Below, piece after piece: positions 14,436 through 27,546 of a DNA stretch of 64,000 nt. Where the stretch lies: positions 244,094,001 through 244,158,000 of the forward strand of contig OZ024743.1 in the NCBI GenBank assembly GCA_964016885.1. The letters run 5' to 3'. The notes under the pieces were generated by a model, which saw nothing but the letters and a program-made list of their open reading frames with translations, made no database searches and had not been told where the DNA came from. Origin of the DNA: Eledone cirrhosa. Lineage: Eukaryota. The translations under genes and the position numbers were made by a program. Position 1 is the stretch's first letter. Each line of letters begins with the position of its first letter.

Positions 14436-14563
14436 GTTGTCAACTAAGAAATTTGTAGAAATTTGTAGAAAGAAACAAATTTCTACAAATTTCATACTTG
14501 ATGTCCCAATAGAACAGTCATTCTGGAAAAAACAATGGCTCAACAGTTCCGCATTCACCCTTC

Positions 14564-14642
<79 letters not shown>

Positions 14643-16401
14643 TCATACTCTAACTCTCCTTATTTTCCCTCTCACACTCACTTATTATATCATCATATCT
14701 TCTTCTGAGTTCCAATCCCGCCGAGGTTAACTTTGCCTTTCATCCTTACGGGGTCGATAAAATAAAGTACCAGTAATTGCTGGCCTTGTGCCTAAAATAG
14801 AAACAATTATTTCACTATCTCTCCTCGTTGCTCTCTCCCTCACTCACCCATTATTTCACTCTCATCACATACCCCTCTCTCACTCACTAATTTTCTCCTC
14901 CTTGCTACATTCCCCTCTCTTACTCTATCATTTTTTCACAATCTCACTTCAATTCCCTCCCATTCACTCGCTTAATTTCTCACAAACTCTTCTCGTTTCC
15001 CTCTCTTACTCACTCATTATCTCCCCATCTCTCTTTATTCCCCCTCTTTCAATCACTCATTATCACTCTATCCCTCCTCATACCCTCTTGCCATCATGAG
15101 CTGAACACTGTACCCTCTAAGCCACGTGCCTTCACCACGGGGTATCTGGGAATACATTGTTCAATGTACTTCATTATGATAGTAAGATGAGATTTGAGGC
15201 AGATTTAGCTGCTATTTGTAGCAGACCAGGTGACCATTTATAGTAGGAATACCTTTAACCTTTTAGACAATCAGCCCTTTCATGGATTTCATGACCCCTC
15301 CTCAACCTCAGGCATTTATAAAAAATAAATGAATAAATAAAGAAAATAAAAAATAAATAGACAATAAGGGCTGTACGTATGTATGGAGCCGTACCTCCCG
15401 GTGGAGTCATAGGGGCGCCATCGTGACATACGGCGTGTCTAGCTTACTTTAAAACTGTTGGAGACCACCATTCTCCGGATCTTCCAAGAGATGGGGGGGG
15501 GGGTATATATATATGCAAATCAGGCCGATCAGTCACTGTATATTTCTACTGTTCTCCATGCAATCGAGAAGTCCTTCATGCATTTGTTGTTGTTAAGAAG
15601 GATTAACATTATTATTTTTGTTATATATAACTGTTTCTACTTTTGGCACAAGGCCAGCAATTATCCAGTGTATTACTGGTACTTTATTTTATCGACCCCG
15701 TAAGGATGAAAGGCAAAATTAACCTCGGCGGGACAAGGACGATTGGTTAAGCTTTCATTACGTTTATTGATTGGTGACGCGCATTTCGTTATTGATCAGC
15801 TCAAGATTCGATCTGGCCCGATTCTGGAATGAAAAGCTCGTCGGACCTCTGTTATAGTAATGACAGAATGATTATACATTATATTACACTCTGTCTAGCT
15901 CTACATCTCGCTACTGACGTGAACCTAAACATCGAGTGCTCACCTGGGTGAACCTACAGTAACTTCGCGTTACGCTCCCTGGATATATATATATTATATA
16001 TATATAGCCTCTTATCCGCTAGGAAAAAGCTCGTTGATGAAGTAAACTTCCATTCCGCTTGCTCTAGAAGTCTTATATATTTATATGTGAGCTGATAGAG
16101 TACAGTCTAAGGATTTACAGAAACCCAAGAAGCTAGATTTAACACCTTTCTAGTGGGTCCGGGTATGATTTTACATTCATTTAAATTATTGATGTATTGT
16201 TTTATTGATATTTTTTATCTGATTGTCCCGAATCTTCTATTATCGATTTTTTATCGTATGGTTGATTTTAGACTTGTTCTATGTGTGACGGTATTTTAAC
16301 GATAGTTATAGCTCTGATTCATCTGAATTATTGAGCCCTCTGCCGCTCATTTCGAATATTGTTTATCGTGAACTCGTGCGCCGATTTTTCGATACTCGAT
16401 C

Positions 16402-16479
<78 letters not shown>

Positions 16480-16758
16480 AAATGAAATAAAACGAGGATG
16501 AGTGGTTACTCCTTCATTACGTTTAATGGTTGGTGACGCGCGTTTCGCCACCGATCAGCTCAAGGTTTGATCTGTATCGATCTAGCCCGACTCTTATCCG
16601 CGGCTCACCACACCCCTTTATTGGTAATGAAAAAATGATTATACGTGGATATATGATTATACGTGGATTCGTTTGCAATTATACAAACAAGCCTCATTTT
16701 TAAAGCCATGTCAGTAGAATGAACCCTTTAATTTTGCTCTTGTGCTGGCATGTAAACA

Positions 16759-16808
16759 GAACTGCAGACACTAATGTTTCTGGGTATTACCCTTCATCAG
16801 TACAGCTC
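16759..16808 (-). ncRNA. Minimal type I hammerhead ribozyme
   Basis: Minus strand GAGCUGUA-CUGAUGA-A-GGGU AAU ACCC-A-GAAACA UUAG UGUC/UGCAGUUC: intact core, 8-bp stem I with G-U pairs, stem II, 3-bp stem III, GUC site. Confidence 0.8.
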
Positions 16809-16916
16809 ACTGTTCACCTGCCAACTGTCAGAGCTAGTGAAAATATATGCGAGCGATAAATGGTCGGCTTTGCCACATTAAGAAAAAAAAAAAGAAATTC
16901 GAAAAACTCAGATTAC

Positions 16917-17002
<86 letters not shown>

Positions 17003-17436
17003 GAGAGAGAGGGGGGAAGAGGGAGAGGGAGTGAAAGCGTGGAAATTATAAAGAGATATAGAGGAAGAACCGATCTCAGTACTGAATAACTTTTTTTTTC
17101 GATCTTGAAATGTTGAAAGGAAAAGTTGTCCTCAATTAGATTTGAACTCAGAGCGCGGTCAGCAGGAACGAGTACCGCAAATCATTCTATCCGATGTTAT
17201 TACGACTCCTAACATTATACCTCCTTACAATCAGAAATATGTATCAAAAATTGTATTTCATAATATCAACTTATGTATTTTCATTTCTGATACAAATGTC
17301 TCCTTTTAACCCAAAAGTTCAGTTGACATTTTGGGTAGCCCCATGGACTACTGGGGATCGATTTGGGCCATATTGAGGCCCCTAATCCAGAGGTTCCGCC
17401 ATTGACACACTTTCTTATTATTATCTTTAGGGCTAT

Positions 17437-17616
17437 CGATTGGCAGTATCGGTAGAGGATTGGTCACGATGCTTTGCAGCATAAACTTACATCCCTTTGC
17501 GGTCTGAGTTCAAATACGCCGAGTTTAACTTTGCCTTTCATCCTTACGAGGTCGATAAAATAAAGCACCAGTAATACACTGGGATAAATGCTGGCCTTGT
17601 GCCAAAAATTGAAACA
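17437..17616 (+). mobile_element. tRNA-derived SINE (Nin/Deu-like core) with target-site duplication
   Basis: Consensus match; ATTATCTTTAGGGCTAT repeated at 17420-17436 and 17617-17633. Confidence 0.85.
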
Positions 17617-18726
17617 ATTATCTTTAGGGCTATTACGGATTAGGTGTGACAATAGAGCCCATGCCTTTTCCTTCCTTTTCCCTTTTTTATAACCACAAAA
17701 GACCCTTGAATATTCAATGTAACTCTACTTAGTGTAGTGACTACTGTTTTTATTTGCTTATATATGTTATTTTAATAAACCTTATGAAATATTAAATACA
17801 TCACTGATCACTGGTATTAGAAATCACATTATTTTTCATCCTTATAGTAAGTACGTAACACCATTGTAATTTTTTAAGCGAATGGAATTAGCAAAACAGC
17901 TTTCGTTTCATTTGATGTTCTTATATTACGGGAGTGATGAACGTCTCGACATTGTATTACTATAAACATTATCAACTTCAAAAAGATACGTAATTTAGAT
18001 ACTAGAACTGAAACAGACCTCCGTCGGTTTCGAGGGTGAATGTTCGAGTTATTCTATCAACAGACAGCCTACTCATGAAATTAATACGTTCGTGGCCGAG
18101 CATTCAACATAGAAGAGTAACCATAACGTAATTCTCGACGAGATGGTCTTTTGAATTTCAGGTACAGCTTATTTGTTGCACCGAGCAACAGTAAATAAAG
18201 TGTATTGCTAAGGGACACAAAGCACTTCCAGGAATCGAACTCAGGACTTTATACTTGTGAGCCAAACACCTTAAGATCCAAGCCACGCACCTTCACATCT
18301 AGTGTCAGTCTAAGATCCAATACAGAATCTAATGCAGGTTATAAAGTTTGCAATGGGTGCAGTAGAAGCAGCTAGTAGTTAGTACCACAACAGGGGAAAA
18401 AAATGGAGCATCATCAACATCATCAGTATCATCAGCAGCAACAGTTGCTGCAGCAGTAACAGTAGTAGCAACAACAATAACAACAAGATTATCGCGTGCA
18501 GTGATTTTTCGGCGATGGCGATGGTAGTAACGAGTGCAGCAGCAAGGAAAAGTGCAACAACAGCGTCAACAATTACAACATGTAATGTAGTAGCAGTTGG
18601 AACATAATGTTCTACAATATGCAGCAATGGCTGTGTGTTTAAGAAGATCGCTTCGCAACCATTTGGCTTCGGGTTTGATCCAACGGTGAGATAACCTGGC
18701 CAAGTTTTATATTATAAGCCTCAGAA

Positions 18727-18862
18727 GGGCAGTGGATAGGCAGTATCAGTAGAGCGTCTAACAACATGTTTTGCGGCCTATAGTTACGTCCCTTTACGTT
18801 CTGATTACAAATCTCGCCGAGGTTAACTTTAGCTTTCTTCCTTACAGGGTCGATAAAATAAA
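18727..18862 (+). mobile_element. tRNA-derived SINE, 3'-truncated
   Basis: Consensus head and core to GTCGATAAAATAAA, then joined to an R4 fragment. Confidence 0.8.
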
Positions 18863-18969
18863 TGGATTGTACTTGTAATTTCCTATGTATGTATGTATGT
18901 ATATATGTATGTATGGTTGTGTACACATGTATACATGTACTATATATATATATATATATATATACAGAT

Positions 18970-19098
<129 letters not shown>

Positions 19099-19104
19099 AA
19101 TACA

Positions 19105-22016
19105 GATATGTGTGGATGTGGATGTTTTGAGTTGTATGTGTATATGCTTTGTATCTGTACATGTGTATATGCAGTTATTAGATGCAACATTTTTGGAATG
19201 TTTTACATATTTTTACTGTTCCATTAATGGATTGTACTTGTAGTTTCCTAACTAGTTGTGTTCTTTCTGTTCCTGTGAAGCCTAGCTTCTCAAGATTTGT
19301 ATTGAGGCAGTTACTAACATATCCCAGTGCCCCAATAATCACAGGGATAAATCTGAAGGTGTAATCAGGGTGGAGTATCTGCAGATTTCTCATCAGTTCT
19401 ACATAAATATTCTCCTTTTCACTAATCTTTGATATTATATTGGCATCTGCTGGGCAGCTAATTTCCACTACTGTGCATGTTTTCTTCTCCCTGTTCCATA
19501 TCATAATATCTGGTCTGTTATGCCTGCATTTTATTGGGGTTTTTACTGGAACATTCCACCAGTACTCTTTCATATTATGTACATGGATGTCTTCCACATT
19601 GTTGTAGCTTTTAATGTGTTTATTATCGGGGCTATCTTTTTTACGAACTGCATCGTACAGTGTTTTGGCCACTACATCATGCCTTATAGGTAGATAGTAC
19701 CGCGATGACATCTTTGGGCAGCTGCTGATGACATGGGTGATATCCTCGATGTTAGTTCTGCAGAGTCTGCACTTGTTATCACATCTAGGTGTTTTGTCTG
19801 CATCCCTATCTCTTTTTTGAATCAGGTAATTCGTGCTAATCTCCTGTTCTTGGATTGCAAAAGCGTATCCTTCAAAGTGGGAGCCAATATAGCGGTTGTT
19901 GGTCCAAGATAGACTAGTTTCCTTATCTTTATTACTCTCACTCTGGAGATTCCTGGCAACATATCCATGCATGATTTTTTGCTGATAGGCATGCAGTTTT
20001 TCATCCATGGATTCACTGCGATACTGCTGAGCGATATCCCTTGGTGTGAGTTTTTGATTATCACACAGGGAATATCTCTCAAGGAGTTCCTTCCCAACTC
20101 TCGTGATCTTATCTGTTTCATGCAGATAGACTTGCTCGAGAAGCGGGCTCCTACGCTTCGAGGTTCGTAGATGTTGTCGGAGAGATATGATGCGACATTC
20201 AAATGTTGTCTGGACTGATGTTAGGCCTCTGCCTCCCTGCTTACGTTTCAAGTAAAGGCGGTCTATGTCACTGTTGATGTGGAAGTTTGCGGTGTTGTTC
20301 AGTATTTTTCGAGTTCCAACATCAACTGCTCGGATTTTATCTATCGTCCAATTGAGTATTCCAAACGTTGGTGTTAGGACAGGCACAGCAAACACATTGT
20401 GAGCCACTGTTTTGTTTTGCGCAGAGAATTCAGATGACCAGATCTTTCTTAATCGGATGCAGTATTCCCTGGTTACGCGTTCTTTATTACAGATACCATT
20501 ATAGGATATGTTCTCATCTATCCCCAGGTATCTGTAGCAGTCCTCATCAGATATCGGTGAAACAGTTAGACCATTGATGACAATGTTGCTAGATTGGGTT
20601 GTTGTTTTTCCCCGCTTTACAGTCATGTATGAACATTTATCTTGGCCAAACTCCATTCCTATATCCTTTGAGAACGTTGTAACCAGGTCAAGATTTTTCT
20701 TCATCCCATCCATGTTCTTGGCATAGAGTTTCAGATCGTCCACAAAGAAGTTATGGGTTAGGTTTGTATTTCTGTCCTCCTGTGAGCCAATGATGTATCC
20801 CTCACATTTCTTGAGCAGAAAGGACAAGGGGTTTAATGACAAGATGAACAATATCACAGAGAGACTGTCCCCCTGAAATATACCCCTACAATATTTTATT
20901 TTATCAGTGAAAATAGAGTCCTCCCTCTCTGTCTTTAACTTTAGGATAGTAGCCCAAGAAGAAGACAGCCTCTCTATGGCTCTGACAATAATGTCTGGGA
21001 CTTTAGCAAGTTGGAGGGCCTCTATCATCCAAGAGTGGGTTAACAGAATCGAAAGCTTTCTTGTAGTCCAGCCAGACTGTAGCCATATTCCTCCTAAGTT
21101 GTCGCACCTCCGACATCGCAGTTTTGTTGATTAGGAGTTGTTCAGCACATCACCAAACCCTTTTCTTTCCAGCTGCTTGTTCATCTGTGATGATGTTATT
21201 ATTTTCACAGTGATCTTGGAGGAATAGGTTCAGGCAGGCTGTATACATCTTATACATCAGGTTCTGGCATGCAATGGGTCGGTAGTTTTTTGGAAAGTGG
21301 GTGTCTTTGTTCTTGGGGACCAGTAACGTTTGTGCTAATGTCAACCATTCTGCTATAAGTGTATCTCCCTTAAGAACTTGTTGGTAGAGGTCAGTAAGAT
21401 ACTTCCGATATAATATTAGTTTTTTGTGCCAGTAGCCGACAATCATGTCTCTTCCTGGTGTTTTCTTATCTTGGAGTTTTCCTATCACAGTCTCAAGGGT
21501 ACCCTCACCTATTTCGTATGTTTTTGTTGTAGTCTAGGAGCAATAGTTCTTTCGGATTTCTCTTAGCCACACTGCATCTTGGTTGAAATTCTTCTTTTCA
21601 CCCCATATTTTTCTCCAAAAGGAATCTATGTCTTTCTGGGATGGGGCCTCAGTGACACTTATTATTTTTCCCTTCATATCTCTATAGACTGATGTTTGGT
21701 TTCGTCTGAATCTTATTAAGCATTTTTCTCTCATCTACCTTCTTCAGGTATCGGCGTTTTTCGCTAACAGCTCTCAATTCTTGTTTGAGGGTGATCAGCT
21801 TATATTGGAGAGTTCTGGTTCTACTGTTACCAAACATCGTCTCTATTTTATTTTTCACTCTTTGTTGGTGAGGAGTGAGGTTTTTTTGTGTTTGTTTGCA
21901 TGTAAGGAGCATTGTCACATGTCCTATGTTTTTTCGTAGGTCAGCACTCTTTTTTTCTATTTTAGTTATATATGATGGTATTTTTGGTGGTGTTTTGTTC
22001 TTGTTAATATCTCTGC
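19105..22016 (-). mobile_element. R4/Dong-type RLE non-LTR retrotransposon, family 1, 5'-truncated
   Basis: RT ([22 protein letters not shown]), CCHC (CRLC..HVISSC), RHD, PD-(D/E)xK-like RPDIMI..VVEISCP; 5' end abuts (CATA)n on the element strand. Confidence 0.93.
19178..21028 (-). CDS. Uninterrupted 616-aa segment of R4/Dong polyprotein (RT C-half, zinc knuckle, restriction-like endonuclease)
   Basis: ORF track and the motifs above; upstream RT pieces 21150-21918 are frameshifted. Confidence 0.85.
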   Translation of the reverse strand: MIEALQLAKVPDIIVRAIERLSSSWATILKLKTEREDSIFTDKIKYCRGIFQGDSLSVILFILSLNPLSFLLKKCEGYIIGSQEDRNTNLTHNFFVDDLKLYAKNMDGMKKNLDLVTTFSKDIGMEFGQDKCSYMTVKRGKTTTQSSNIVINGLTVSPISDEDCYRYLGIDENISYNGICNKERVTREYCIRLRKIWSSEFSAQNKTVAHNVFAVPVLTPTFGILNWTIDKIRAVDVGTRKILNNTANFHINSDIDRLYLKRKQGGRGLTSVQTTFECRIISLRQHLRTSKRRSPLLEQVYLHETDKITRVGKELLERYSLCDNQKLTPRDIAQQYRSESMDEKLHAYQQKIMHGYVARNLQSESNKDKETSLSWTNNRYIGSHFEGYAFAIQEQEISTNYLIQKRDRDADKTPRCDNKCRLCRTNIEDITHVISSCPKMSSRYYLPIRHDVVAKTLYDAVRKKDSPDNKHIKSYNNVEDIHVHNMKEYWWNVPVKTPIKCRHNRPDIMIWNREKKTCTVVEISCPADANIISKISEKENIYVELMRNLQILHPDYTFRFIPVIIGALGYVSNCLNTNLEKLGFTGTERTQLVRKLQVQSINGTVKICKTFQKCCI

Positions 22017-22063
22017 ATGTATGTATGTATGTATGTATGTATGTATGTATGTATGTATGTATG

Positions 22064-22094
<31 letters not shown>

Positions 22095-22130
22095 TATGTA
22101 TGTATGTATGTATGTACGTATGTATGTATG

Positions 22131-22619
22131 TTCTTCTGGTTTTATAATTTCACAAAGTTTTACCAATAGAGAGAGAGTCGGTTTCTAACATAGACATAAG
22201 ACTCTCTCATTGGAATTTACACAACATCAACTAGGTAGATATGTATGTATGCATGTGTAGATAAGGATGTTATTGTATGTGTGGATGTGGATGTTTTGAA
22301 TTGTATGTGTGCATGTGTATATGCTTTGCATCTGTACATGTGTATATGCAGTTATTAGATGCAACATTTTTGGAATGTTTTACATATTTTTACTGTTCCA
22401 TTAATGGATTGTACTTGTAATTTCCTAACTAGTTGTGTTCTTTCTGTTCCTGTGAAGCCTAGCTTCTCAAGATTTGTATTGAGGCAGTTACTAACATATC
22501 CCAGTGCCCCAATAATCACAGGCATAAATCTGAAGGTGTAATCAGGGTGGAGTATCTGCAGATTTCTCATCAGTTCTGCATAAATATTCTCCTTTTCACT
22601 AATCTTTGATATTATATTG
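22131..22619 (-). mobile_element. R4/Dong family 1, short 3' fragment flanked on both sides by (TATG)n/(CATA)n
   Basis: Encodes [27 protein letters not shown]; full 3' UTR ending AAAACCAGAAGAA-(CATA)n. Confidence 0.92.
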
Positions 22620-23144
22620 TATGTATGTATGTATGTATGTATGTATGTATGTATGTATGTATGTATGTATGTATGTATGTATGTATGTATGTATGTATGT
22701 ATGTATGTGTGTGTGTATGTTTGTGTGTATTTATGTATGTATGTATGTATGTATGTATATACATGTATGTGTATTTCCGGGTCTATGTTAACAACCGGTA
22801 TTGCTTGTTTGTGTATTATAATATAGCAGTTCGACAACCAGAAATTGAGGAAGTACCAGATTTAAAAATAAGTACTGGGTCCGATATGATCAACTAAACC
22901 CTTGAAGACGGTGCCCTGAATCGCCTCAGAATAAAATAATAATTGTTTCTACTTTTGGCACAAGGCCAGCAATTATCCCAGTGTATTACTGGTACTTTAT
23001 TTTATCGACTCCGTAAGGATGAAAGGCAAAGTTAAATAATAATATGACGTAAAATGACTAATTAATGGTATAGAGCAGCGTTTCGTAATTTTCCTACACA
23101 CCTACGGTATATTGTTGTAAAATGCTTGGTTATTATAATAAAAG

Positions 23145-23600
23145 GTAGAGCGATGGATTAGCAGTATCGGTAGAGAGCCAGACACCATGCTTTGCAGCAT
23201 ATAGTTACGTCCCTTTACGTTCTGATTTCAAATCCCGCCGAGGTTAACTTTAGCGTTCATCCTTACGGGGTCGATAAAATAAAGCACCAGTAACGTACTG
23301 GGGTCGATTTTATCGACTTTCCCCTCCCCCAAAATTTCTGGCCTTGTGCCTATAGTAGAAACAATTATAACAAAAGCTAGAGCGGAGGATTGGTGGTATC
23401 GGTAGAACGTCAGAAACCATTCTTTGTAGCATAGAGTTATGGCCCTTTACGTTCTTGATTCAAATCCCGTCGAGGTTAGCTTTGCCTTTCATCCTTACGG
23501 GGTTGATAAAACAAAGCACCAGTAACATACTGGGGTCGATTTAATCGACTTTCCCCTCCCCTTCAAATTACTGGTCTTGTGCTTAAAGTAGAAACAATTA
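23145..23600 (+). mobile_element. Two tandem full-length tRNA-derived SINEs (Nin/Deu-like core)
   Basis: Two approximately 225-bp consensus copies head to tail, each with an internal GTCGAT..ATCGAC hairpin; a minus-strand half copy at about 22940-23035. Confidence 0.88.
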
Positions 23601-23622
23601 TAATAAAAGCTTCAACATCTTA

Positions 23623-24148
23623 TCTATATATCTAAAGCAGAGAATTATTACTACTGTTGTTATGTACATCTAAGTATTGAGCAATATAATTTCTTTGTGA
23701 TGAAAGAATGGTATTTATGTCTGTCTGACTCCCTAAAACACTAGAACCACCCAACCGATTGTTTTCAAACTTTACACATGTAATACCTATGGTCCTGTGA
23801 GTGTTTTGAGGAAAACATATTTCAAATTGTCAATGCCTTAGGGACCGCATTAGGCGATTTAGCGATCTCTCTCTATAATTCTTAGTCTTTCTTTTTAGAT
23901 AGATACATAGATATAACGTTGCGCCCTTATAATATCTCTCTGTATGTCTGGCTGTCTGCATTACGACATTATGACGTCGCTATATGTGTATGTGTATATA
24001 TGTATATATAGTGTATGCGTATATATATGTATATATAGTGTGTAACGTTTTTGAGAATATTTACTTCTGAGTTCACAGATTGATTTTTTAGTTTCAGAAG
24101 ATCCCGTTAAGGGTGAAAGCAGCGATTCTTTGCTTAAACTTTAATCTG

Positions 24149-24195
<47 letters not shown>

Positions 24196-24341
24196 TATAT
24201 TGGTGTACAGATATTTTTGCATACACAATAACAAAATATAAACAAACGTATTTATTTCACGAGGCTCGATAAGGATAAATATATATCAAATATATAAGAA
24301 CCCTAGATTAAAGCCCGAGCAACGCCGGGCCATTCTGCTAG
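23623..24341 (+). mobile_element. Non-autonomous Helitron
   Basis: 5' A|TCTATATATCTAAAG; 3' GC-rich hairpin GCCCGAGCAACGCCGGGC shortly before CTAG|T (24338-24341); sits between A and T with no TSD. Confidence 0.8.
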
Positions 24342-25365
24342 TATTATTTAAAACTATGTCGTTAACCGTCGCTATGCTGCCGGTAAAATCCACACACACT
24401 GTTATCCGAAAAAAAATATATATGTTTACCATGTGAAGAATGTTTCAACACATGCCTTCCCAGACCGCAGTACCCAGTGGTGTAACTGTGAGCTCTGTCT
24501 TCAACATATCATTCACACTTTTTGGTACGAATTTGCCTAAAACCGGCCGTGGTTCTATCATACAAAACTGCTTGTTTTAAAGTGTATATATTTGCCTAGA
24601 AACATTCTGTCATAATTTCATGTAAGAACCTTTGTTAAATTATGCTCCAAACGCCAGATAAATAATGAGGAAGAGAGTTCTGTTACTAAATACCTCCGAA
24701 GTTATGATGAATTTCAAAAGGATTTGAAGACCAAAGGCAGTGTTTTTGAAATTTAGAAGTATTAGAAATATGGTAACGATAGGCTTAACTAGACATCAGT
24801 AGACAGTGATGTACATGTGAGATATCTCTTCAAGACGTTGTTCGTCGTTTACTTCTAGTCAAATCCTTATTTATTCGTCTAACGTATGAGGGTATTAGCA
24901 ACAATGTGGAATGTTAAGTCTCCTACTTAATGCGTAACTGTTGATAGTGTTGGGTGTTGGTAAGTGGTAGTATGGTTGAATGAGTGTGGTTGTGGGATGT
25001 GTGGTAGTGTTGATGGGTATTTGCGTGGATGTTGGGTAGTGAAAAGTTGAGGAACGTCAAATAAAGTGTTTTGCTGAAGAACATGAGGCATTATCGAGAT
25101 TGGAACTCACGAATCTACGATTGTTAACCAAACACGCTACCCACTAACCCACGGGCTTTCATTGGACGTTGTTTCCTTATTTAAAGGAGAACTGAAATTT
25201 GCTGCTATTTTTAGCGTTCAGAGGCTCCCTATAGTTGGGCGATAAAGGTGGGTGGGGTCAGGATAGTGAACTTCCAGTCAATTATTTTCTATTACGCTTT
25301 TATTTTATTTTTTCCTCTTTCTCATAGCTCTCATATTCCTGGCTTTTCAATCTCTCTCTCTATCT

Positions 25366-25648
25366 ATGGGTTTCTCTGTATATAAACCTGTAGGTTGAGG
25401 AAGACAAACAGGGGGAAGACGGGAACACCTACAAAATGTGCTCCTGGTGTTGAGGGTTGTTCTATTTACGGGGTGTAAAACAACCCCACAGTAACGTTCC
25501 TCCCTATTGGGGATCTCGATTGTTATTTTATTTTATATATAGTTTATTATTTATTAACGTTAAAGTTATATGATTTTATGTAAAACCGCCGCCGCCACGT
25601 CTTGTAAGGTTCCATTTTTGAACACCCCTGTGGCAAATAAAGAAAGAT
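25366..25648 (+). mobile_element. Tx1 family C 3' fragment
   Basis: ..AACCTGTAG stop plus a 3' UTR matching 38525-38772; flanked by ATCT repeats. Confidence 0.85.
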
Positions 25649-26048
25649 ATCTAGCTATCTATCTACCTGTCTATATGTCTATCTATCCATCTATCTCCCT
25701 ACTTACCTACCTATCCATCCATCTCTCTCTTTATATATATATATCTATCTGCCTAATTTTTTAAACTTCAACGTTGTTGTTGTTGTTGTTGTTCTTCTTC
25801 TTCTTCTTCTTCTATTGTAATCTTGTGATCACAATACACATTGCGGTATCAGCACATCTTTAATATGTACTGTTGTAATTACCGTGATGACCTCTTGCTG
25901 ATACTCAGTTAGAGATTCTATATCTGGATGGAGAGTTAAGTAGCTTATATGAGATACATTCATTAAGAGATATTAATAAAATATTCACAAATATTCACAG
26001 ACATGTTGTCTGCCGCTCATGTGTTTTTCGTGTACAACTTTACTATGT

Positions 26049-26109
<61 letters not shown>

Positions 26110-26271
26110 TATATATATATACATAACAAAGTATATATATGGTTAAAAATAGTGCCCAACGGCTGAGCTCAAGCCGTTTCAAAGGCGAGTGGATAATTCG
26201 TATCGAGTACTTAGCTGAATATAGTCTTACTAGTCTAACCGGTAACTTCCAGTCTATCTATCTATCTATCT

Positions 26272-26503
26272 AAAAAAGAGGAAGAGAGGAAGGGGGTACT
26301 CACTCTTCGTACTCCTGGAGATGAGAGTTGCACATTTTTTTGGGGGGTATGTGTAACCCATATGTAATGTCTCCCCCTATTGGGGAAAATCGACTAATTT
26401 TTAAATTGCATTTGTGATAGTATTTTACACGTTTTTATTGTATGTAAACTTCCCCCTCTGTATTTGTCCCCTTCTTTTGTGCCCCTGTGGCTAATAAAGA
26501 AAC
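26272..26503 (+). mobile_element. Tx1 family B 3' UTR fragment
   Basis: Matches 11740-11970 and 38809-39010; (TCTA)n on both sides. Confidence 0.88.
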
Positions 26504-26519
26504 ATATCTATCTATCTAT

Positions 26520-26623
<104 letters not shown>

Positions 26624-26793
26624 AAATGTGTGAAATCCTTGGTACATTTAGGTTTATTTGACAAAAGGAAAATAATTGTCTCTACTTTTGGCACAAGGCC
26701 AGAAATTATCCCAGTGTATTACTGGTACTTTATTTTATCGACCCCGTAAGGATGAAAAGCAAAGTTAACCTCCGCGGGATTTGAACTCAGTCC

Positions 26794-26829
<36 letters not shown>

Positions 26830-26830
26830 A

Positions 26831-26990
26831 AAAAAGGAAAATAACGACTTCACTTGTAGTTCTAAACAATTTAATTTTATATTATAATTTTACAATTTGG
26901 TTTTGTAGATCTACAAAACCAAATTGTAAAATTATAATATTATAAAATTAAATTGTTTAGAACTACAAGTGAAGTCATTATTTTCCTTTT
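26831..26990. repeat. Near-perfect spacerless palindrome of about 160 bp between (TA)n tracts
   Basis: Arms of about 80 bp centred on GTAGA|TCTAC (26909/26910). Confidence 0.92.
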
Positions 26991-26996
26991 TAAAAA

Positions 26997-27080
<84 letters not shown>

Positions 27081-27302
27081 ATTATGAAAACATGGCGTGC
27101 TGCGTGGTTGCAAATGGGTTACATATGAATAAATTTAGTCCTTCATCAGTGATCTTCCAACCTTCATTGGTATTTCATCGCTTTAAAGACCATATACCTC
27201 CGGTTGGTGCGAGAAATGGCTAAAGAAAGTCGTTGGGACACGTAAATCGGGGGAACAAGCGAGACAGTAAACAAACAAAGATGGTAATGCAACGAAAAGT
27301 GA

Positions 27303-27504
27303 GGAAGAATGAGTCAAGTCCCTGAAATCGACGAATATAAGTTCTGTGAAATCATGGACGAGAGAGAATAAAGACCATCAAACCTGGTCGAAATGTGAGT
27401 AAGGAAGAATTTCGCACAGGTCAAACGGGAGGAAGAATGAGTCAAGTCCCTGAAATCGATGAACATAAGTTCTGTGAAATCGTAGACGAGAGAGAATAGA
27501 GACC
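27303..27504 (+). repeat. Direct repeat of about 74 bp (27303-27376, 27431-27504) in a (TA)n-flanked insert
   Basis: GGAAGAATGAGTCAAGTCCCTGAAATCGA..GACGAGAGAGAATA occurs twice. Confidence 0.85.
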
Positions 27505-27508
27505 TTTG

Positions 27509-27544
<36 letters not shown>

Positions 27545-27546
<2 letters not shown>

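Noticed and set aside
18379-18627. Gln/Leu-rich ORF as a host exon
   Set aside because: Degenerate trinucleotide repeats running into a SINE head, with no clear splice or domain support
23145-23250. tRNA genes at SINE heads
   Set aside because: A/B-box-like motifs only, no cloverleaf, and they continue into SINE core and tail
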